Positions 57,089 to 64,000 of a DNA stretch of 64,000 nt are shown here, in pieces. Each line of letters opens with the position of its first letter. The stretch's first letter is position 1. The stretch lies in contig OY970173.1 in the NCBI GenBank assembly GCA_963707635.1, forward strand, positions 1,120,001 to 1,184,000, given 5' to 3'. The notes below the pieces were generated by a model, which was not told the DNA's origin, did not search any database, and saw only the letters and a list, made by a program, of their open reading frames with translations. The position numbers and the translations under genes are program-made. The DNA comes from Candidatus Latescibacterota bacterium (lineage in GTDB: Bacteria; Krumholzibacteriota; Krumholzibacteriia; WVZY01; JAKEHA01).

Positions 57089-58723
57089 GTGGACCTGCTG
57101 AGCCTGGTGACATTCCTGCCGCTCTTCGGCGCCATCGCGGTGGCGCTGTTTCCCGCGCGCGCCCACGGGGCGATCAAGGGGTTTACGCTCGCGCTGACCG
57201 CCGGCGTATTCGTGCTGTCGTTGAAGCTGGTCGGCGCATTCCAGACCATGCCCGACATGCAGATGGTCGTGGACACGCGCTGGTTGCCGTCGCTTGGGAT
57301 CTCCTACCACATCGGCGTGGACGGCATCAGTCTGTTCTTGATCATGCTGGTCACGTTCCTCACGCCGATCACCGCGCTCGGCTGCTTCGGTTCCATCGAA
57401 GAGCGCGTGAAGGAGTTCTTCATCTGCCTGCTCGTGCTCGAGACGGCGATGATCGGCGCGTTCGTGGCGCTCGACCTCTTCCTCTTCTACGTGTTCTGGG
57501 AAGCGATGCTGATCCCGATGTACTTCATGATCGGGATGTGGGGCGGCGAACGGCGCATCTACGCCACCGTGAAGTTCTTCATCTATACCATGGTGGGTTC
57601 GCTGCTCATGCTGGTGGCGATCCTGTACGTCGTCCACGCGCACAAGATGCAGACCGGCACGCTGACCTTCGACTCGGTCGCGCTGCTGGAGACGACGTTC
57701 GACCCGCGGGCGCAATGGCTCCTGTTCCTGGCCTTCGCGCTGGCCTTCGCCATCAAGGTGCCGATGTTCCCGTTCCACACCTGGCTGCCCGACGCGCACG
57801 TCGAGGCCCCGACGCCGGGGAGCGTGATCCTGGCCGGCGTGCTCCTCAAGATGGGCACCTACGGGTTCATCCGTTTCGCGATGCCGATGTTTCCGGAGGC
57901 CGCGATCCGGGCCATTCCCTTGATCGTGACGCTCTCCATTATAGGGATCATCTACGGGGCGTGTGTGGCGATGGTGCAGCAGGACGTGAAGAAGCTGGTC
58001 GCGTACTCGTCGGTGTCGCACCTGGGATTCGTGATGCTGGGCCTGTTCGCGCTCAACGTGCAGGCGGTCGAGGGCGCGATCCTGGGCATGATCAACCACG
58101 GCATTTCGACCGGCGCCTTGTTCCTTCTGGTGGGCGTTATCTACGAGCGACGGCACACACGCCTGATCAACGAGTACGGTGGGCTCACCAAAGTGATGCC
58201 GGTCTACGCGACCGTGTTCATGATCGTCGCGCTCTCGTCGATCGGGCTGCCTCCGCTCAACGGCTTCGTGCACGAATTCCTGATCCTGGTGGGGGCGTTC
58301 CAGGCCAACGCGTGGTGGGGCATCCTCGCCGCGACCGGTGTGGTGCTGGGCGCGATCTACATGCTGTGGATGTTCCAGCGCGTGTTCTTCGGCGAAATAA
58401 CGAACGAGAAGAACGCCGGGCTGAAAGACCTCTCGCCGCGCGAGATCCTTGTCTTCGTCCCGCTGCTGGTGATGATCTTCTGGATGGGGGTCTACTCGAA
58501 GCCGTTCGTCGACCGCATCGAGCCGTCGGTAGCGCAGTTCGTCGAGCAGATGGAAGGTGTGCGCGAGGCGATGAACGAGAGCGGCGGCGTGCAAGAGCGT
58601 GTGGCGGTCGATTTTTCAGCCGCGGGTGGCGCTGACACGGGGCCCCCGACGGCGACAGCCCGGCGGGGTGTGTCAGCGACAGGACCCGCGGCGGAGACAG
58701 CGGCCCCGGGGAGCGACGACTGA
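57089..58723 (+). CDS. nuoM: NADH-quinone oxidoreductase subunit M (C-terminal tail includes a palindromic repeat)
   Basis: FWEAMLIPMY, HTWLPDAHVEAPT.GS, AYSSVSHLG. Confidence 0.95.
   Translation: MDLLSLVTFLPLFGAIAVALFPARAHGAIKGFTLALTAGVFVLSLKLVGAFQTMPDMQMVVDTRWLPSLGISYHIGVDGISLFLIMLVTFLTPITALGCFGSIEERVKEFFICLLVLETAMIGAFVALDLFLFYVFWEAMLIPMYFMIGMWGGERRIYATVKFFIYTMVGSLLMLVAILYVVHAHKMQTGTLTFDSVALLETTFDPRAQWLLFLAFALAFAIKVPMFPFHTWLPDAHVEAPTPGSVILAGVLLKMGTYGFIRFAMPMFPEAAIRAIPLIVTLSIIGIIYGACVAMVQQDVKKLVAYSSVSHLGFVMLGLFALNVQAVEGAILGMINHGISTGALFLLVGVIYERRHTRLINEYGGLTKVMPVYATVFMIVALSSIGLPPLNGFVHEFLILVGAFQANAWWGILAATGVVLGAIYMLWMFQRVFFGEITNEKNAGLKDLSPREILVFVPLLVMIFWMGVYSKPFVDRIEPSVAQFVEQMEGVREAMNESGGVQERVAVDFSAAGGADTGPPTATARRGVSATGPAAETAAPGSDD
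58619..58692 (+). repeat. Palindromic repeat copy B, inside the nuoM reading frame
   Basis: Nested stems GCCGCGGGT/ACCCGCGGC, CGCTGACAC/GTGTCAGCG and CCCCG/CGGGG. Confidence 0.75.
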
Positions 58724-60213
58724 TGCCTCCATTCACCGCCGAAATCGCGCGCCAGCTGATGCCGCTCTTCATTCTGACCGGCGGCGCCATGGTCCTCCTC
58801 GCCTGGGCCGCGGTGTCGGTCAAGACGGCGCGGCTGCAGCAATGGTTCGCTGCCCTTGTGCACGTCGCTGCCATCGCCAGCATCGTCTCGCTGTGGAACG
58901 CGCTGCCGGGCCCGATCCTGAACGGGATGCTGGTCGTGGACCGCTTCTCGCTCTTCTTCGCCGGGCTGTGCACCATCTGCTCGCTGGGGACGATTCTCGT
59001 TTCCGCCGGCTATCTCAAGCGCTTCGACATCCTGCGCGGCGAATACTACGCGCTGCTCCTGCTCGCCACCGCGGGGATGTTTGTGCTGGTGAGCGCGTAC
59101 GATCTGATGTCGGTGTTTCTGGGCCTCGAGCTGATGAGCCTATCGATCTATGTGATCGTCGGCTTCCGGCGCCGTGATTTCCTCGCCAACGAAGCGGCGA
59201 TGAAGTACTTCCTGCTGGGCGCGTTCGCTATCGCGTTCTTCCTGTACGGGATGTCGCTGGTTTACGGGCTGTGCGGGACGCTCAACTTCAAGGGCATCGT
59301 GATCGAGGCGCTCGACCGTGGAATCGCCACCAGCCCGCCGTTCCTGTTCGCGATCGCGCTGATCCTGGTGGGATTCGTCTTCAAGGTGAGCGCGGTGCCG
59401 TTCCACATGTGGGTGCCCGACGTGTACCAGGGCGCGCCCTCGCCGGTCACCGGCTACATGGCGGGCGCGGTGAAGGCGGCCTCGTTCGCGGCGTTCCTGC
59501 GGCTCTTCTACATGTCGTTCATTTCGTCGCGCTCGCACTGGATCGACATCATCGTGGTGCTGGCGGTGGCGACCATGACGGTGGGGAACATCGTGGCGCT
59601 GGTGCAGCGCAACGTCAAACGCATGCTGGCCTACTCGAGCATCGCGCACGCCGGCTATATCCTGGTGGGAATGGCGGCGCTGGGCATCGACAACACGCGG
59701 GCCGCGTCGAGCATCATGTTCTACCTGGTCGTGTACGCGTTCATGACCATGGGGGCCTTCGCGCTGGTGTCGGCGCTGGAGAACCGCGGCGACTCGCGCG
59801 GACTCGAGCTCGAGGACTTCTCCGGGCTGGGGCTGCGCCGGCCGCTGCTCGGCTTCGCGATGGCGCTGTTCATGTTCGCGATGGCGGGCATCCCGCCCAC
59901 GGCGGGCTTCTTCGCGAAGTACTATGTCTTCAATGCCGCGATCGAACGCGGGCTCACCTGGCTGGCCGTGGTCGGGGTGATGAACAGCGCGCTGTCCCTC
60001 TATTACTATCTGCGCGTCGTCGTCTACATGTACTTCCGCAAGACCAGCGCCGAAACTCCGGTCTTCGACGACTGGGGAATCCGCGCGGTCCTCTTCGGAT
60101 CGGTGGTCGTGGTGATCTGGCTCGGGCTCGGTCCCAGTGGAGTCGTCCCCGGCATCGAGACCGTCCTCGCCTGGACGAGCGATTCGCTGGAGCGAATCGC
60201 GAGCCTGCAGTAG
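58723..60213 (+). CDS. nuoN: NADH-quinone oxidoreductase subunit N
   Basis: EAAMKYFLLG, FK.SAVPFHMWVPDVYQGAP, KRMLAYSSIAHAGY. Confidence 0.95.
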   Translation: MPPFTAEIARQLMPLFILTGGAMVLLAWAAVSVKTARLQQWFAALVHVAAIASIVSLWNALPGPILNGMLVVDRFSLFFAGLCTICSLGTILVSAGYLKRFDILRGEYYALLLLATAGMFVLVSAYDLMSVFLGLELMSLSIYVIVGFRRRDFLANEAAMKYFLLGAFAIAFFLYGMSLVYGLCGTLNFKGIVIEALDRGIATSPPFLFAIALILVGFVFKVSAVPFHMWVPDVYQGAPSPVTGYMAGAVKAASFAAFLRLFYMSFISSRSHWIDIIVVLAVATMTVGNIVALVQRNVKRMLAYSSIAHAGYILVGMAALGIDNTRAASSIMFYLVVYAFMTMGAFALVSALENRGDSRGLELEDFSGLGLRRPLLGFAMALFMFAMAGIPPTAGFFAKYYVFNAAIERGLTWLAVVGVMNSALSLYYYLRVVVYMYFRKTSAETPVFDDWGIRAVLFGSVVVVIWLGLGPSGVVPGIETVLAWTSDSLERIASLQ

Positions 60214-60239
60214 CCAGCTAGCCCGTCCGGTCCTGCCAC

Positions 60240-60268
60240 TTGAAGGACGCGCGAGCCGCGACTATACT
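60240..60268 (+). promoter_or_regulatory. Putative sigma70 promoter
   Basis: TTGAAG-17-TATACT. Confidence 0.5.
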
Positions 60269-60313
60269 GCTGCTGTTCAACACGACGCCGTGACCCTTTT
60301 CGAGAGGCCCCCA

Positions 60314-60853
60314 ATGAGACTCGTGGCTTTGATCCTGGCTGTGGTCATGCTCCCGTCGCTCGCCGCGGCGCAGCAGGGGATATTGGTCTTGTCATCCGAT
60401 CCGGTGATGCTCAATGTCGTCGTCGACGATCATGCTCCGGGCACGACCTCCGTTTATGTCATGCACCTGGGTACCAACGGATCGACTGCTGCGGCCTTCA
60501 GCTACCTGGAGTATCCCGGAGTAACAATGGTAAGGACGGGTGACGGACCTGCCCCCGGGATGCTCGCGGTTGGAGACCTCTACACGGGAATCGAAGTGTC
60601 CTACATGGAGTGCAAGGTGGGGACCTTTCCGATCTATCGCATCGACTACCAGACCTTTGGGACCAGCGCGCCGTGTTCCTTCCTCCAGGTTGGGCCGCAC
60701 CCGACCTACGCGGCTGTCAGAGTCATTGATTGCGTGGGCGGCATTACCGATCAGCCATACGTGATCGTCGCCGTCGTGAATCCCGACGCCACCTGCAACC
60801 CGGGTCCCACTGCATCGAGCACGTGGGGTCGGGTCAAGGCCTTGTATCGATAG
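60314..60853 (+). CDS. Secreted protein with C-terminal TWGxVKALYR motif
   Basis: Signal peptide ..SLAAA; four Cys; ends STWGRVKALYR. Confidence 0.75.
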   Translation: MRLVALILAVVMLPSLAAAQQGILVLSSDPVMLNVVVDDHAPGTTSVYVMHLGTNGSTAAAFSYLEYPGVTMVRTGDGPAPGMLAVGDLYTGIEVSYMECKVGTFPIYRIDYQTFGTSAPCSFLQVGPHPTYAAVRVIDCVGGITDQPYVIVAVVNPDATCNPGPTASSTWGRVKALYR

Positions 60854-60918
60854 GATAGGCATGCGAACGGGGCCGGCGTGATACACGCACAGCCCCGTCC
60901 ACGAGGTGGAAGCCGCCG

Positions 60919-61773
60919 CTAGAACCGGAACACGACCCCCATCTCGGGCGCGAAGTCCGTCGCCTTCGACGTGAGTCCGATCCCCGCGTTCATCTTGAAG
61001 AACAACGCGTTCGAGACGTGCAGCTGCAGCTCGGGAATGAGTGACACCTCGTCGAACGTGCCCTCGACACCCGTATAGACCGTGAGCAGCGGTGACACGC
61101 GCTTGAGGTACTCGACCGCCATCTCGCCGACCTCGAGCTTGCTCTCCTCCGCGACGTACTCGACAGCGGCGCGCACCGTCGTCGTTCCCCACCTGAAGCC
61201 GCGCATCAACCCGGTGCCGAGCTTGAACTCCCAGTCGGTGGTCCCGATCAGTTGGCGATCCTTCTGGAGCGGGAAGACGACTTCGCCATAGCTGAAGAAG
61301 CCCGGCCGGGTTTCGGTTTCCTGCGCCCACAGCCAGCGTATCTGTCCCTCGACGTCGCCAAGGCCTGTTTCCGTGTATTCCTGCGGCATCGCCGTGGGAT
61401 CGTCGGGGGAACGCTCCAGTTCTGCGGAAATAAACGCGGCCTCGAACTCGACGGCGAGACTCCGCGTGAGCCCGTAGGAGAGGAAGATCAGGTACTCATC
61501 GGCCTCGTAGTCCCCGCGAAGATCCTGGTCGAGTCCATACCCGAACTCCTCGGGCGCGTACTCGGCATTGCCGTCGCGGTAGTGCTCGTAGAACGGATAG
61601 ACGAGCAGCTCGCCCGGCAGCACGTAGGTACCGAACATCGAAGTCGGAATCCCGGGACCGCGGTCCTTTAGAAAGTAGGGGAGGTCGGAGGAGTCGTCGT
61701 CCCAGGCGACGACCGTCGCGGGGCAGACGCCCGCGAGGATTACCATAAGCAGCAGGGTGAGAATCGGTCTCAT
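60919..61773 (-). CDS. Putative outer-membrane beta-barrel protein
   Basis: Signal peptide, amphipathic strands, GLGD, C-terminal GVVFRF. Confidence 0.65.
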   Translation of the reverse strand: MRPILTLLLMVILAGVCPATVVAWDDDSSDLPYFLKDRGPGIPTSMFGTYVLPGELLVYPFYEHYRDGNAEYAPEEFGYGLDQDLRGDYEADEYLIFLSYGLTRSLAVEFEAAFISAELERSPDDPTAMPQEYTETGLGDVEGQIRWLWAQETETRPGFFSYGEVVFPLQKDRQLIGTTDWEFKLGTGLMRGFRWGTTTVRAAVEYVAEESKLEVGEMAVEYLKRVSPLLTVYTGVEGTFDEVSLIPELQLHVSNALFFKMNAGIGLTSKATDFAPEMGVVFRF

Positions 61774-61928
61774 TTCGATTACCCCTTTCGCCGTTGCGGG
61801 GCGGCGGTGCTGGCTGGCGTACGCGTAAGTATGCACTGAACGCGGTCTCCCGGTCCACCGGTTTTCCCTTGCCAGTGGGAGTTTCCGCGAATCTGGCTAC
61901 ACTAGAGATGGCCGTCCGGGAGGAAGAA

Positions 61929-62441
61929 ATGCCAACCATCGAAGTCTGGCTGCGGGGGCCGGTTCATGGGGTGCCGGAGACGCTCGTGCCGGTCGCGCAT
62001 GCGCTCCTGCAAGCGCGGGAGGACGTGGCGCGGGTAGCCACCGGCGTGCCGGATGCCGTGCTGTGGTCCCGGCCGGGAGGGGCAGCGTCGCCGGCCTTCC
62101 ACATGTTTCACATGGCCCACGCGCTCGACCGGTTGACGACCTACGCGCGCGGCGAGTCCCTGTCCGACCCGCAACGGGAGGCGCTCGCGATGGAGCGGTC
62201 GGGGGACGTCGACGACAACGCCGCCGAGCTGATTCATCTGGTCGAGACGACGATCGACTGGGCGATTCGCCAGCTGCGGTGCACGCCGGAATCCACACTC
62301 GCCAACGAGCGGCGGGTCGGCAAGGTGGGCGCGCCGTCGAGCGTGCTCGGGCTCCTGTTTCATGCGGCCGAACACACGACGCGTCACACGGGGCAGTTGA
62401 TCACCACGCTCAAGATCCTCCAAGGTGAGCCGAGGCGCTGA
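61929..62441 (+). CDS. DinB family protein
   Basis: EVWLRGP, AFHMFH, HAAEHTTRHTGQ. Confidence 0.85.
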   Translation: MPTIEVWLRGPVHGVPETLVPVAHALLQAREDVARVATGVPDAVLWSRPGGAASPAFHMFHMAHALDRLTTYARGESLSDPQREALAMERSGDVDDNAAELIHLVETTIDWAIRQLRCTPESTLANERRVGKVGAPSSVLGLLFHAAEHTTRHTGQLITTLKILQGEPRR

Positions 62442-62492
62442 AAGATCCACCACGCGAGTGGGTGGCGCCGACGGGCGCTCGCGCCTGCGCGC

Positions 62493-63044
62493 TCAGTCCT
62501 TTTTCTGGTGCTTCTTCCGCCACTGATACGGCTGTTCGAACGGTGGCTTCGGGCCGGCTTCGGCGGCTCGCAGGATTCGGTCGGCCAGATCCGGGAAGCC
62601 ATTGTCTCCGAAATGGCTCACGTTTTCGTACGCGAGCCCGCGCTCCAGGAGCTTCACACCCAGCAGCTCGCCATCGACAAAGACATGCGCAAGTCGGCGA
62701 TCGTAGATATCTCGGCCGTCCTTCGCCAGTTCGACGACCCGCGCGCGTGAGATCCACACCCGGGTCGACTCCGCCGCCTCGCGCCCGTAGGGCTGGTCTT
62801 CGAGGAACCCGGCCTCGGGATCGATGATCTCGGGGGTGTCGATTCCCAGCACGCGGATCGGTTTGCCGCCGACGTCGAAGGTATCCCCATCGACGAAGTC
62901 GATTTGGGCCACGTCGACCCGCACCGCGCCGCGGTAAGATCGTTCCTGCCCTGCCTTAGCGTCGCCACGCCGGCAACCGCCGGCCCCCGGCAGGGCCAAG
63001 ATGGCCAGCGCGACCAGGGCAAGTGTCCTTGCGGCTTTGCACAC
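62493..63044 (-). CDS. Thermonuclease (SNase) family protein, probable lipoprotein
   Basis: DGDTF, IRVLGIDTPE, DIYDRRLAHV, GLAY. Confidence 0.85.
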   Translation of the reverse strand: MCKAARTLALVALAILALPGAGGCRRGDAKAGQERSYRGAVRVDVAQIDFVDGDTFDVGGKPIRVLGIDTPEIIDPEAGFLEDQPYGREAAESTRVWISRARVVELAKDGRDIYDRRLAHVFVDGELLGVKLLERGLAYENVSHFGDNGFPDLADRILRAAEAGPKPPFEQPYQWRKKHQKKD

Positions 63045-63089
63045 GGCTCCATTATACTGCAAGTGCCGCATCACATTGGGAGTACACAC

Positions 63090-64000
63090 ATGCCTCGTAA
63101 TGAGATAACCGTCCGCGTCGCGGGTGAAGGCGGCGAGGGCGTCATCAGCACGGCGGAGATCCTGACCCGGGCCGCGGTCGATTCGGGCCTGGACGTCTTT
63201 ACGTTCCGGTCCTACCCCGCCGAGATCAAGGGCGGCCTGGCGATGATGCAGGTCCGCATTGGCACCTCTGCGCTGTCGTCCATCGGACGCGACGCCGACG
63301 TGCTCATGGCCTTCAACCAGGAGGCGTTCGACGTGTGGGCGCCGCGCCTGGGTCCGGGCGGCGTCCTCCTCTACGATCCCAAGCACTGCATCGTCCCGGA
63401 CGATTTTCCCCACGCGCGCTTCGAGGTTCCCCTCCACGATACCGCGATGAAGGAGACGGGCGCGCGCATCGCCAAGAACATCGTGGCGCTGGCCTCGTTG
63501 ATCGGCACACTCGACATTCCCCCGCAGCACGCGCGGGACCTCATCGCCAAACAGTTCAAGCGCAAGGGTGACGAGGTGGTTGGTATCAACCTCAAGGCGT
63601 TCGACGCCGGGCTCTCGCTCTTAAACGGCGACGCGCGCCTCGCGTCGCTCAAGCTGGCGCGACCTCCGCTCGGCAAGAAAGCCGCCGGCCGCGTCGTCCT
63701 TTCCGGCAACCAGGCCTTGAGTCTGGGCGCCATCGCCGCCGGCTGCCGCTTCGTGGCCGGCTACCCGATCACGCCCGCGACCCAGGTGCTCGAGTTCATG
63801 ATGAAACACCTGCCCGCGTTCGGCGGGAACGTGATCCAGGCCGAAGACGAAATCGCCGCGATCGCGGCGTGTCTGGGAGCGTCGTACGCGGGAACGCGGT
63901 CGATGACCGCGACCTCCGGCCCGGGTCTGTGCCTGATGAGCGAGCTCATCGGCATGTCGTCGATGTCGGAGATACCGGTGGTCGTGGTCGACGTGATGCG
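63090..64000 (+). CDS. korA: 2-oxoacid:ferredoxin oxidoreductase alpha subunit (gamma-alpha fusion), truncated by window end
   Basis: AGEGGEGVIS, SYPAEIKGG, SGNQA, GYPITPAT, QAEDEIAA, TATSGPG. Confidence 0.9.
   Translation, partial: MPRNEITVRVAGEGGEGVISTAEILTRAAVDSGLDVFTFRSYPAEIKGGLAMMQVRIGTSALSSIGRDADVLMAFNQEAFDVWAPRLGPGGVLLYDPKHCIVPDDFPHARFEVPLHDTAMKETGARIAKNIVALASLIGTLDIPPQHARDLIAKQFKRKGDEVVGINLKAFDAGLSLLNGDARLASLKLARPPLGKKAAGRVVLSGNQALSLGAIAAGCRFVAGYPITPATQVLEFMMKHLPAFGGNVIQAEDEIAAIAACLGASYAGTRSMTATSGPGLCLMSELIGMSSMSEIPVVVVDVM

Noticed and set aside
1457..59649. Many long overlapping or antisense ORFs (e.g. 2665-4995, 11189-13219, 26672-29842, 55459-57276)
   Set aside because: Shadow frames of GC-rich genes: Arg/Pro/Ala-rich, without motifs, and overlapping well-supported CDSs.

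Overview
GC-rich bacterial chromosome segment. Secreted proteins carry FlgD-Ig C-terminal domains or a 'TWGRVKALYR' tail, which suggests a Krumholzibacteriota/Eisenbacteria/Latescibacterota-like lineage (inference). In order, the window holds: an archaeal-type topoisomerase VI operon; transport and lipid genes; a carbamoyltransferase cassette; a solitary CbiM, a Lon-like protease and QueG; a decayed ~7.3-kb integrative element bounded by two tRNA-Asn-like 3' fragments and carrying a secreted papain-like protease locus; a nucleotidyltransferase toxin-antitoxin-like pair; a HEAT-repeat/HD-GYP pair; a CysM-JAB-(Ubl-E1-rhodanese fusion) sulfur relay; a divergent DUF1573(Cys)-DUF1573(in-frame TGA)-TlpA operon; a DsbD/prenyltransferase operon; a complex I (nuo) cluster lacking nuoI and split by an inverted beta-propeller gene; and the start of a 2-oxoacid:ferredoxin oxidoreductase. 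The strongest candidate for a new system is the probable exported selenoprotein (KPG-U-GCT) in tandem with its Cys paralog and a thioredoxin-like reductase. A family of structured palindromic repeats also occurs, with one copy lying inside the nuoM reading frame. Three single-base frameshifts suggest indel errors in the assembly, so single-base claims need read-level checking.
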